A DNA stretch of 64,000 nt from Candidatus Omnitrophota bacterium (GTDB lineage Bacteria > Omnitrophota > Gorgyraeia > Duberdicusellales > 4484-171): NCBI GenBank assembly GCA_037146775.1, contig JBAWWL010000008.1, positions 6,160-70,159 of the forward strand, read 5' to 3'. Below the pieces are notes generated by a model. The model searched no databases and had not been told where the DNA came from. It was given only the letters and a program-made list of their open reading frames with translations. A program made the position numbers and the translations under genes. Position 1 is the first letter of the stretch; each line of letters opens with the position of its first letter. Positions 29,981 to 39,269 of this stretch are shown piece by piece.

Positions 29981-30247
29981 TTCTATGCTCGCTCGTAAAA
30001 AATTAATTGAGGGGGAATTCTGGGGACACAATACTTAATTATTTGAAAATAATCCTCACCTTTGACGGGATAGAAATAATGGGGTCAGCCTTGAGTATTG
30101 GAAACTTATTGTAATTCCGGCACACACTGCCTGGTGCAAAAATTATACACATTTTTAACCACCACTTACACGAAGAATTACCTCGCGAATAGCCAAATTT
30201 TCTTATTAATCTCCATATTGACCATATAACTGTTACCTATATAAATA

Positions 30248-30325
30248 AGAGAGGATACCTTAGGGCCAATGGCTAAGCCCTGTTTTTTAACCCTTCGTAA
30301 CTATATTTGTTGCAAAGGGTTTTTT
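30248..30325 (+). ncRNA. Candidate structured small RNA, copy 3 (short form)
   Basis: Homologous promoter (TTGACC..TATAAA) and AGAGAGGATACCTTAGGGCCAATGGCTAAGCCCTG, followed by a different terminator AACCCTT..AAGGGTT plus T-run. Confidence 0.5.
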
Positions 30326-30444
30326 ATTTAGACTAAAATTAAATTTCTTACGCTCTTAAAGAGCGAGTGGTATAATTTTTATATGTATAGGGTAGATAAG
30401 GCAATGATGAGTGTGTATATGAATTGTGAGATGAAGGTGTAGAA

Positions 30445-30903
30445 GTGGATAGAAAGAAAATTATTTTTTCTTTTCTATATTTTTTTGTTTTCTGTATTTT
30501 AGCCTCCGCTCAGGACAGCGAAGACCTCAAATACAAAATAACCCCGACTATAAATAAAGAGTCTCCCTCCGGTGTTTATATCCCGAAAGATTTAGAAGAG
30601 TGTTTCAAAGAATTGAAAACTATGCTTCAGCCATCTTTAGTGGCAGAAATGAAAGCGAAGCCGGAAAAAGAGATGATTGGGTATCATCATGGACTAGGTA
30701 TGTGGATAAGAAATAACTGGGGGTTGTGGTCGGATTCCAGATTAAAAAAATATTTCAATAACTTAGGTATCCGGCATCCTGACGATATGTCTAGCATTAT
30801 TCTTAATTCTTTTTGGCGACATCTTCACAATCAACTTCTTGAGCTGGATAGGCAGATAAAATATTATCAAGAATATTGGGAAAACGTAAAGAAACAAAAA
30901 TAA
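30445..30903 (+). CDS. Secreted DUF6794-like protein
   Basis: IPKDLEECF.EL, HHGLGMWIRNNWGLW, HPDDMS. Confidence 0.78.
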   Translation: MDRKKIIFSFLYFFVFCILASAQDSEDLKYKITPTINKESPSGVYIPKDLEECFKELKTMLQPSLVAEMKAKPEKEMIGYHHGLGMWIRNNWGLWSDSRLKKYFNNLGIRHPDDMSSIILNSFWRHLHNQLLELDRQIKYYQEYWENVKKQK

Positions 30904-30908
30904 AAATT

Positions 30909-31301
30909 ATGCGGCGCGCAGCGATTACGTTTATGGTTTTCAGCGTATTGATTTTTATTTCTTGCTCTCGCATGAAAAAAAATGATACGTATGGTTGTGA
31001 AGATATGGCAAAGGAAATCAAAGGTTTTATGGAAAATTGTCAGTCTTGCAGGGCCGATGACGAATGCTTTGTGGACAAGGAATTGAGCGGTTACTGTCCT
31101 TTTGGGTGTTGGTATATACGTAGCCACAGCTATGATAACAGCGAAAAAATTAAGTCAATACAAAGGAAGATGGAAGCATATATTGACAATTGCGGTCAAT
31201 GTAAATATGATTGTGCTATGTACCCAGCGCAAAATGAAATAGGTTGTAAAAAAGGAAAGTGCGTTGATTTGAGATATTTTTCAGAAAAAAATAAACTGTA
31301 A
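30909..31301 (+). CDS. Cys-rich putative lipoprotein (start reassigned to 30909)
   Basis: Hydrophobic leader ending ISC; 12 Cys in total. Confidence 0.65.
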   Translation: MRRAAITFMVFSVLIFISCSRMKKNDTYGCEDMAKEIKGFMENCQSCRADDECFVDKELSGYCPFGCWYIRSHSYDNSEKIKSIQRKMEAYIDNCGQCKYDCAMYPAQNEIGCKKGKCVDLRYFSEKNKL

Positions 31302-31394
31302 GTGCTTAGCTTTGCCTGTCGATAAGCCGCCGATCTTATCGGGATGCCGGCGTTTGGGGTTGGATAGTCCGTGTTGTTATATGTAGAATAAAGG

Positions 31395-32444
31395 ATGCTT
31401 TTGGATATGAAGAAAAAAATGCTCGGATCAGCGATTGTGTTTATGGCGATTCTTTTTATTTCGCCTTTTGTGTTTGCTGACGCCATAAAACTTAAAAACG
31501 GCAAATTGGTTGAAGGTACGATTGTAGAAAAAAATGGCCAGTCTGTTAAGGTTGATCTTTCGGGAATCCTTTTAACGTATTATTTAGATGAGATTGAGAG
31601 CGTAAATGGCGAAAAAGTTAAGAAAGCCGAGATTAAGAACGAATCAGGTAAAGTAATAAGTAAAAGCGAAGTGCAGAAGAGTATTCCCGGTACGGATCAA
31701 TGGAACAGATTTCTAAAATTTACGGAACAGTTTTATTATTTAGATAAGCAAAATTTTAATAATATTTCCTGTGATATAAGCACTGCGTTTATTAATAATT
31801 TGTTGTCTACCGTTGAAACTCAACTGAAAAGTTTTGAAAATAACTTAACGGTTGAAAATAGCATAGATACATTCCGGTTAAAGTTTAATAAGGAAAAAGG
31901 GCTTACTTTTAATCTTCCAAAGTTTGATATCGAGATCATTTCCGAACAAGGGATGACCGATCCCGTCAGGGTGAAAAGCGGAATAAGCACGATGAAGAAT
32001 GGATTTGATAACGCGGTTAAGGGGGCTACCGATATGATTCGGGGAATATTTGAGAGCTATATATCACCCAAAAGAAACGAATATGAAATCATTGAAATTT
32101 CTGAAAGCGAAAAAGGTACAAAATTAATATACAAACATAAAGGATATACCGTAACGGATTTATATAGCGGAACTCATTGTGAATCCACGCAGACCAATGG
32201 TATGGTGACGATTCATGCAACCGAGGAATATAAAAAAGTCGACGGGAAGCTGTTGCTGGACAAGGGATCTGTGACTATGGATCAAGGGGTACAAAGTATG
32301 AGTTCCGACATAACGGTGGAATATCAACAAATAGGCTCAATATATTTTCCGTCAAAAATAAAAAACGATACTAAGATTTCCATGGGAGATATAAAAAGCG
32401 AAATACCCATTGAGGTAATTTTTAAAAATACAAAAGTTGATTAA
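31395..32444 (+). CDS. Secreted hypothetical protein with N-terminal 'LKNG..VEG.I' module
   Basis: Signal peptide ending VFA-D; beta-rich C-terminal region. Confidence 0.75.
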   Translation: MLLDMKKKMLGSAIVFMAILFISPFVFADAIKLKNGKLVEGTIVEKNGQSVKVDLSGILLTYYLDEIESVNGEKVKKAEIKNESGKVISKSEVQKSIPGTDQWNRFLKFTEQFYYLDKQNFNNISCDISTAFINNLLSTVETQLKSFENNLTVENSIDTFRLKFNKEKGLTFNLPKFDIEIISEQGMTDPVRVKSGISTMKNGFDNAVKGATDMIRGIFESYISPKRNEYEIIEISESEKGTKLIYKHKGYTVTDLYSGTHCESTQTNGMVTIHATEEYKKVDGKLLLDKGSVTMDQGVQSMSSDITVEYQQIGSIYFPSKIKNDTKISMGDIKSEIPIEVIFKNTKVD

Positions 32445-32577
32445 CGAATTATTCAAACGAGATAATTTCTTTTCTATCCGCCGATAGCCGGACAATTGAC
32501 TCATCGTTTTGGCCCGCATTAATTTCTCTTTGCTAAACCTCCTACCATTTTAAATGGCGAGTGGTATAATTAAAAAA

Positions 32578-33555
32578 ATGAATAGTACGGTGAAGGGGAA
32601 ATTTTTTCTGGTTATTATTCTGATTGTAGCTTTGCTGCTGCCAAGAATAGCCGATTGTCAGATAAAGAAATACCGTGGCAAAAAGATACTTTATGTAAAT
32701 TCGTATCATAAGGGTTATTATTGGAGCGATGGTGAACAGCAAGGTGCCCAGAACGTTTTGGCTCCGAGTGGCGTAGAATTGAGAATAGCATACATGGATG
32801 CCAAAAATAATCCTTCCGAAGAATTCAATAAACAAGCAGGCCTAAAAGTAAAAAAGTTAATAGAGGAGTTTGAACCCGACGTTTTAATTGTCGCCGACGA
32901 TAATGCGTTTAAATATATAGTTATGCCTTATTATCGCGATGCGGATTTGCCGGTTGTATTTTGCGGCATTAATTGGGATATATCAATTTACGGCGCTCCG
33001 TACAAAAATACGACAGGCATGCTGGAGGTTGGACTTATTGAACAGGTTTATGAGCATTTGAGAAAGTTTGCTAAAGGTAACAGGATAGGTTTTCTCAGTC
33101 CTGATGTGTTAAGCGAGCGCAGGAATGGTGAATATTTTGCTCAACATATCCCGGGAGGTTTTACCTATAAAGAATATGTACCAGATTTTGAAACATGGAA
33201 AAGGAAATATCTGGAAATCCAGGACAAGGTCGATATGCTTATTTTTTCTACTCCCATTGGGGTTAAAGATTGGGATTGGGATAAGGCCGAGCAGTTTGTT
33301 TTAGAAAACATTAAAGTGCCGATAGAAGGCGATATCGGCATAGCCTTGTTTGAGATAGCGAAGATTCCCGAAGAACAAGGAGAATATGTCGCTCGAACGG
33401 CTTTGAAGATACTCGATGGTGAAAAACCGGCCAATATTCCTATTGTTAAAAACAAGAAAGGGAGCCTATGTTTAAATTTGAAAGTTGCCGAAAAATTGGG
33501 TGTTATTTTTTCTCCGGGACTCCTGAGGAGCGCGGCAAAGATTGTTCGTAAGTAA
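32578..33555 (+). CDS. Orphan ABC-type substrate-binding or periplasmic ligand-binding protein
   Basis: ILYVNSYH.GY.W, PDVLIVADDNA, PVVFCGIN, ILDG.KP..IP. Confidence 0.8.
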   Translation: MNSTVKGKFFLVIILIVALLLPRIADCQIKKYRGKKILYVNSYHKGYYWSDGEQQGAQNVLAPSGVELRIAYMDAKNNPSEEFNKQAGLKVKKLIEEFEPDVLIVADDNAFKYIVMPYYRDADLPVVFCGINWDISIYGAPYKNTTGMLEVGLIEQVYEHLRKFAKGNRIGFLSPDVLSERRNGEYFAQHIPGGFTYKEYVPDFETWKRKYLEIQDKVDMLIFSTPIGVKDWDWDKAEQFVLENIKVPIEGDIGIALFEIAKIPEEQGEYVARTALKILDGEKPANIPIVKNKKGSLCLNLKVAEKLGVIFSPGLLRSAAKIVRK

Positions 33556-33619
33556 AAATAATTATTTTAAATTTTGATTGGTAAAACTTGTGTTGGTATC
33601 TGTTAACTAATAATAGGGG

Positions 33620-34492
33620 GTGACTATGGATAATTTAAATAAACTGCAAAAGCTGACCTTGGGGTTCATTATCGCCTTGGTGTGGTTTTTGATAATGTGT
33701 TTTGTGGTGATATTCGTTGGGAATATCTTTAAATGGTCTTTCTTGTCGGAAACCTTTAGCGTAGGTTTCTTTTCCGCTTTCGGCGTAGGCTTGGGGGCGC
33801 TTATTGCATTGGCGATTCTAAACATAACGCTTACTTTTAATTCGATTTCTCATTCTTTATTCAGAATGGCCGCAAACAGCGGTTCGGTAATGAGTGTTCA
33901 AGACAAACAAAAGTCTGCGAAGCTCTTTAAGGCGAGTATATTCTTGGCTATCGCAAGCATTTTGGGTATCGTGCTTTTTTTATGGTGCGGAGAAGTGAGC
34001 GTTAATCGTCACAAAATTAAAGTTTCTTTAAACAGCCTGGAGGCAGTTGCCAAATCGCCCCTTGCGGATAAATTAGTCGATCTTATCAATAAAGACGCTA
34101 CAGTCAAAGAAGTTTTAGACGTTCGAGATGCCATGCGGCGTAATTTGGAAGAAAAAGGAGGGTTGTCACTTTTGGTTCCGATCAATAAAATTGATTCGGG
34201 AACATTTTATGAGGTAACTCCCTGGTGGTATCAAGGCGAAGAAAAGGAAAGCAAACCAATCTCTCAGGCAAATTTACGTGTTTTCGTGCCTTACACGGAA
34301 GAATCGATAAAATTTAACGAACTCATTAAAAATAAAAAACCTTTCTATTCTATTAACCGGTATCAATTAAGAGTTTTTTATCCCATTGTGGTTAGCAACA
34401 AAGTTGTGTGTATAGTAATGTTAGATACCAGTCGTCAAGCCAGCGACCAATATCTATGGAAACGTTCTTCCTCCCAGGCTATAATAGAGTAA
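33620..34492 (+). CDS. Hypothetical membrane protein (about 3 TM plus soluble domain)
   Basis: 290-aa ORF with purine-rich RBS and hydrophobic segments. Confidence 0.7.
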   Translation: MTMDNLNKLQKLTLGFIIALVWFLIMCFVVIFVGNIFKWSFLSETFSVGFFSAFGVGLGALIALAILNITLTFNSISHSLFRMAANSGSVMSVQDKQKSAKLFKASIFLAIASILGIVLFLWCGEVSVNRHKIKVSLNSLEAVAKSPLADKLVDLINKDATVKEVLDVRDAMRRNLEEKGGLSLLVPINKIDSGTFYEVTPWWYQGEEKESKPISQANLRVFVPYTEESIKFNELIKNKKPFYSINRYQLRVFYPIVVSNKVVCIVMLDTSRQASDQYLWKRSSSQAIIE

Positions 34493-34601
34493 TAGTTTAT
34501 CGTGCAGGCATTTTTTTGATTTGTACACAATGATTTAAGCCAAGGTAGATAGCGGATTGTAAAAAGCATATAAGGCAAAATTTTTCAAGAAAGGAGTTGC
34601 T

Positions 34602-35252
34602 ATGAAAGTGAAGTCTGTGTTTATTATTGTTTGTTTGGCAATGAGTTTGTTCATTTGTGCGCAATGTATCTATGCCCAAGATCCTAAAACCATTAAGCTA
34701 CCGGCTCCGCAGATGCAAGGCGGCAAACCTCTTATGGAGGCTTTGGCACAGAGGAAAAGCGTTCGTGAATTTAGCTCTAAGGAGTTATCTTTGCAGGAGC
34801 TTTCGAATCTTTTGTGGGCGGCCTATGGGATTAACAGGCCTGAAACAGGCGGGCGCACTGCGCCATCAGCAAGGAATATGCAGGAAATCGATGTGTATAT
34901 AATCAAGGCTGATGGTTTATATCTTTATGATGCAAAAGAAAATGCACTGGTGTTAATTATCGCAGAGGATCTACGTGCTTTAACCGGCAAACAAGATTTT
35001 GTTGCCAAGGCTGCGGTCAATCTTATTTTTGTGGCAGATTTTTCCAAAATGAAGGGCCAGGCCAGCGATATGGAATTTTATTCGGCAGTCGACACCGGTT
35101 ATGTCAGCGAAAATGTGTATCTTTATTGTGCTTCCGGTGGTCTCGTAACAGTTGTGCGGGGCTTAGTGGATAGGCCGTCGTTAGCGAAGGCAATGAAGTT
35201 GCGGCCTGAACAAAAAATAATTCTCGCGCAAACCGTGGGCTATCCTAATTGA
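34602..35252 (+). CDS. SagB/ThcOx-like nitroreductase with signal peptide
   Basis: RKSVREF, LLWAAYG, RTAPSA.N, ENVYL. Confidence 0.88.
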   Translation: MKVKSVFIIVCLAMSLFICAQCIYAQDPKTIKLPAPQMQGGKPLMEALAQRKSVREFSSKELSLQELSNLLWAAYGINRPETGGRTAPSARNMQEIDVYIIKADGLYLYDAKENALVLIIAEDLRALTGKQDFVAKAAVNLIFVADFSKMKGQASDMEFYSAVDTGYVSENVYLYCASGGLVTVVRGLVDRPSLAKAMKLRPEQKIILAQTVGYPN

Positions 35253-35313
35253 GTTCACAATATAACTATAATATTTTCATAATTCTAAAGTTTTTATAAA
35301 AAAAGGAGGGGGC

Positions 35314-35434
35314 ATGAGGAAAAACAGGCGGTTATTTTGTTGATACTCTCTGTCCTTCCTTTAAGCTTGTGGTGTATGCATATGATTGGGAGATTAATAC
35401 TAAAACAAGAGAAAAAATAGAATTAGGCGAATAG
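35314..35434 (+). pseudogene. Possible frameshifted remnant of a secreted-protein gene
   Basis: Strong RBS AAGGAGG and ATG; signal-peptide-like KQAVILLILSVLPL in a shifted frame. Confidence 0.3.
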
Positions 35435-35638
35435 CAGAGCAGGTTTTAAAGCTAATTGTATTTCAAAGATAAGCATGCGTCCCCGGAGTTGCTGCCAACT
35501 TTACGAGGATGGCGCCGTGAACCGTTCGTTGGTATGAATAAGGTCGGTTGTGTCGGTTTTGGATGGCATTAGAGTTTTTGATTAAGAAAAGTAAATTGTG
35601 TTATTTTAACAACCTGAACCCTGAAAGGGAGAAAGCTG

Positions 35639-36616
35639 ATGATAAAAAAATTACGAAAGAAATTTTTACGTTCTTTTCGTAAGCTATTGGGTACGGAGCA
35701 GATTTCACAGCAGCAATATCGACAGGAACAGCTGCAGCACCAACAGGAAGAATTGCGGCAACAATTACAGCTATTACAACTGCAACTGTTGCTTTCGCTG
35801 GGAAATAGCCTGAAGTATTCTTCGGTAGACCAAAAAAAGATCAAAGAATCAATTACATACAAACGTTGTGCCGAACTGGTTTCTCTGTTTGCGCCTATGA
35901 ACATAGAGGGCGCAAAGTATGTTCGTGTCGGAGGAAACCATGACGGGGGATATGTGATGCTGGATGGCTTTCGGGACGGGTTGGTCGAGGCAGCTTACAG
36001 CTTTGGTATCGGTGATAACGTTTCCTGGGATGAAGCCATTGCTTGTCGCGGTATTAATGTTTTTATGTACGATCATACGATTCAACGATTACCGAAAAAT
36101 CACCCAAATTTTCATTATTTTAAAACAGGAATTACCGGATACGAGAAGGGGGTTGGTTTAAAAACATTAAGTGAGCTTGTCGCGAACAATAATCACACCG
36201 CATGTAAAAACTTGATACTAAAAATGGATATCGAAGGGTATGAATGGGATGTGTTCAGAGAAATCCCCTCAAGCGTGATTAGCCAGTTTTCCCAGTTTGT
36301 TGTAGAGTTCCATGATTTGAGGTCGGCTATTTATGGTTCTGGGTATGATATGGTAGCAGAGGTGCTTAAAAAGATCAACCAAACGCATCAGAGTGTTCAT
36401 GTTCACGCAAACAGTTTTAGCGCGCCTCTGTGGATCGGCGAGTTTGTTCTTCCTACGGTTATCGAGGTAACTTTTGTGCGGCGTGCCGACTTTAAAGATA
36501 AGTTTATTGCGAACACGCGGCAATTCCCTACAGAGATCGACCAATCGTCTTGCGCGGATTTGTTTGATATATATCTGAACGGTTTTTATGATTGCAGCAG
36601 AACAGCCGAGAAATAA
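35639..36616 (+). CDS. FkbM/Methyltransf_22-like SAM-dependent methyltransferase with Gln-rich linker
   Basis: RVGG..DGGY, YSFGIG, LKMDIEGYEW, QFVVEFH. Confidence 0.82.
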   Translation: MIKKLRKKFLRSFRKLLGTEQISQQQYRQEQLQHQQEELRQQLQLLQLQLLLSLGNSLKYSSVDQKKIKESITYKRCAELVSLFAPMNIEGAKYVRVGGNHDGGYVMLDGFRDGLVEAAYSFGIGDNVSWDEAIACRGINVFMYDHTIQRLPKNHPNFHYFKTGITGYEKGVGLKTLSELVANNNHTACKNLILKMDIEGYEWDVFREIPSSVISQFSQFVVEFHDLRSAIYGSGYDMVAEVLKKINQTHQSVHVHANSFSAPLWIGEFVLPTVIEVTFVRRADFKDKFIANTRQFPTEIDQSSCADLFDIYLNGFYDCSRTAEK

Positions 36617-36722
36617 ATGCCATCCTTGGCGTTTTTAGCGATGAGCGGCCCCGTAAGGCTATGGGCGAAGTAATAATACTCGCAAACTAAATCCTGGCAG
36701 GTGTGTAGTTACCGGTAATCAT

Positions 36723-37742
36723 ATGCTAAAGCGTGCAGGAATAAAAATAATTTTTTTTAGTATACTTATGATGTTTTCTTCGGGATCTGCTATGTGCGAA
36801 GAAAATATCCATACGTACATAATGAGCGGCAATGTGAGCAAGGTAAAAATGCTTTTAGATGAAAATCCACAACTTGTGCATCAGGTGGATGCCGGTTTTA
36901 CTCCTCTTATCCGAGCGGTAGCGCGCGGCCAGAAAGCAATAGTTGAACTGCTTATTGATAGGGGAGCAAAGATTAATGAACAGGTTGGAGAATCCGAAGC
37001 ATACTTTGTAGAATCTTCGCCATTACAGGCGGCAGTGTTTTACGGTTATAAAGATATCGCGGAGCTTTTGATAAGTAAAGGCGCGGATGTCAGTTTTAGA
37101 GATACCATAGGTAAAACTCCTGTATATGCGGCACTGAACGGGATTGGAGATAAAAGAGAAATACTTGCGTTGCTTATTTCGAAAGGGGCAAGCGTAAATG
37201 GTAAAATCCAGTCGGAAGGTACATGCCCAAAGGGTGCGCTGTGTGATGGTCTGCGCCACGGAGGTTGGACGCCGCTGCATCTTGCGGTATCTCGGAACGA
37301 CAAGGAAAGCGTTGCGTTACTTATTTCCGCCGGCGCTCATATTAATGAAAAAGACGAAGCAGGTGATACCCCGCTCTATCTATCTCGCAGCTGGCCGGAA
37401 GGAAAAGAAGTGACCGAGCTTCTGATAGAGAAGGGGGCTGGCGTTGACGTAAAGAATAATTCCGGCGAAACGCCCTTACTTTTTGCGTTAATACAAAATG
37501 ATTATTCCAAGGCGCGTTTTTTTATTGAAAAAGGTGCAGATGTTAATATAAAAACCCAGGGTGATCTCAGCCCACTTGCAATAGTTTTTTCTGCCGGTTA
37601 TGATTTAGCATCAGCAAGCTACAAACGAAGCCCTCAGAATATAGCGATGATCAAATTACTTATTGCCAAAGGTGCCGATACTAATATTTCTAATGATGGC
37701 GATCCTGCCTGGGAACGTCTCATCGGCAAACATAGCCGATGA
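36723..37742 (+). CDS. Secreted ankyrin-repeat protein
   Basis: About 7 TPL..A..LLI.KGA.VN repeats; signal peptide. Confidence 0.92.
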   Translation: MLKRAGIKIIFFSILMMFSSGSAMCEENIHTYIMSGNVSKVKMLLDENPQLVHQVDAGFTPLIRAVARGQKAIVELLIDRGAKINEQVGESEAYFVESSPLQAAVFYGYKDIAELLISKGADVSFRDTIGKTPVYAALNGIGDKREILALLISKGASVNGKIQSEGTCPKGALCDGLRHGGWTPLHLAVSRNDKESVALLISAGAHINEKDEAGDTPLYLSRSWPEGKEVTELLIEKGAGVDVKNNSGETPLLFALIQNDYSKARFFIEKGADVNIKTQGDLSPLAIVFSAGYDLASASYKRSPQNIAMIKLLIAKGADTNISNDGDPAWERLIGKHSR

Positions 37743-37837
37743 TGTATAACCGGGGAAATATCGTTTTCGATCGAAACAGATGTGCGGATGGCAACGTATA
37801 AAATATGTTTTTAAATAATAATAAAAAAAGGATGTAA

Positions 37838-38470
37838 ATGGGATTGGTATCGCTTCTTTTTAGTAACCCGATATTGTTTCTTATATTAGCCGTGGTACTT
37901 ATTTATTCCGTTATCATTCATGAAGTCGCGCATGGGTGGGTGGCTCATCTTTTTGGCGACGAAACAGCTAAATATTCCGGCAGATTAACGCTTAACCCCA
38001 TATCGCATATTGACCCAGTAGGTACGCTGATGCTTTTTATCGTAGGTTTTGGCTGGGCAAAGCCGGTGCCGATAAGTTATCAGCATTTTAAAAACAGGCG
38101 TTTAGGGTTTTTTAGTGTCGCTTTGGCAGGATGCGCAGCCAATATAATTATCGCAATCATCGCATTGTTTTTATTACAATTTAAGATTATGAGCACAAAT
38201 CCGCTTTTTTCAATTATGCTGCCGATTATCATAAAAATAAATATTATCCTTGGCGCTTTTAATTTGATTCCGATTCCGCCTCTCGATGGCTCAAAGATCC
38301 TTATGAGTTTCCTGCCGCATCGTGCGCAAGAGAGTCTATCAAAAATAGAGCCTTATGGATTCTTTATCTTAGCGCTATTATTATATACCGGATTACTGGA
38401 CCCGGTGATATCGTTCATGCAGAACATAATCTATATTTTAATCGCTGTGCTGTTCGGCTATTTCAGATGA
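37838..38470 (+). CDS. Site-2 protease (M50 family)
   Basis: HEVAH and NLIPIPPLDG. Confidence 0.94.
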   Translation: MGLVSLLFSNPILFLILAVVLIYSVIIHEVAHGWVAHLFGDETAKYSGRLTLNPISHIDPVGTLMLFIVGFGWAKPVPISYQHFKNRRLGFFSVALAGCAANIIIAIIALFLLQFKIMSTNPLFSIMLPIIIKINIILGAFNLIPIPPLDGSKILMSFLPHRAQESLSKIEPYGFFILALLLYTGLLDPVISFMQNIIYILIAVLFGYFR

Positions 38471-38556
38471 TGCGTAATAAAGAATAGAGGGTTTTTGCCT
38501 TGGTACCAATTAGTTTTCCGGGAATGTGTTGATTCAAACAATATTCCCTGATAAAT

Positions 38557-38590
38557 AAAAAACGCCGAGGATTCGAAAACCCTCGGCGTT
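38557..38590 (-). terminator. Intrinsic terminator between convergent genes
   Basis: AACGCCGAGG/CCTCGGCGTT 10-bp stem with a U-run on the minus strand. Confidence 0.8.
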
Positions 38591-38667
38591 AAGGATTGAA
38601 AGGAGGAATTTTTTTTAAGTCTACCGGCCCATTGCCGGAAGGCCATTCCTCCGTTTAGGCTGTTTTT

Positions 38668-39045
38668 TTAAGAGCCAGCGATATTTGTCAGCAATACCCA
38701 CCCGGTCATACCTTCATATCCACCGGTCAGAATCTTTACTTTCGCGGTTTTTTCCCAAAAATTTGTTTCCAGCACTCTTGCCAGGGTGCAATTTTCTACT
38801 TCGAAACCGTCGCGAGAAAGCATTAATACCTGGTAACTTGGTTCTGCTTCCGCTATCCGGCAAGAAGTAAGATGGTTAAACATCTTTTTATTAATACCGA
38901 TGTAAACCGGTTGTTTTCCCTGGCGAGTTTTAAGGGTCACTACTTTACCGTTGAGATCAAGCTCGTCACAGAAGCTTTGTATAGGACATAAAAAAGATAC
39001 TACCAAGAGGAACACTCCCACTAAAGCTACGGATTTTCTTCTCAT
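38668..39045 (-). CDS. Secreted hypothetical protein with SH3-like C-terminus (start reassigned to 39045)
   Basis: RBS GGAGG before MRRKS; signal peptide; VKILTG..EG.TGWV. Confidence 0.7.
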   Translation of the reverse strand: MRRKSVALVGVFLLVVSFLCPIQSFCDELDLNGKVVTLKTRQGKQPVYIGINKKMFNHLTSCRIAEAEPSYQVLMLSRDGFEVENCTLARVLETNFWEKTAKVKILTGGYEGMTGWVLLTNIAGS

Positions 39046-39269
39046 TTTATTACCCCCTCCTTTAGAATAAAGCCTAATACAACACCTTAATAATAACATA
39101 TCTCCTTCGGCAAAAACCATAGAAAACAACCCTTTCGTGTAAGCGTTTTCAGCCGTGATCGGATACGCCATGATCTTCAAGAGTCCAAAATTCTAATAGT
39201 GATGTTATATTTGTTGCCTGTGAGCTTTTTTTCTTTGATTTTTCAATGAGTATGATATAATTTTACCCT

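Noticed and set aside
27322-30325. CRISPR array or integron attC interpretation of the repeats
   Set aside because: Repeats are long and over 1 kb apart, with no regular spacers, no cas or intI gene, and no clear RYYYAAC/GTTRRRY ends.
35569-35904. Cys-rich minus-strand ORF
   Set aside because: Antisense of the CAG/CAA Gln-rich tract.
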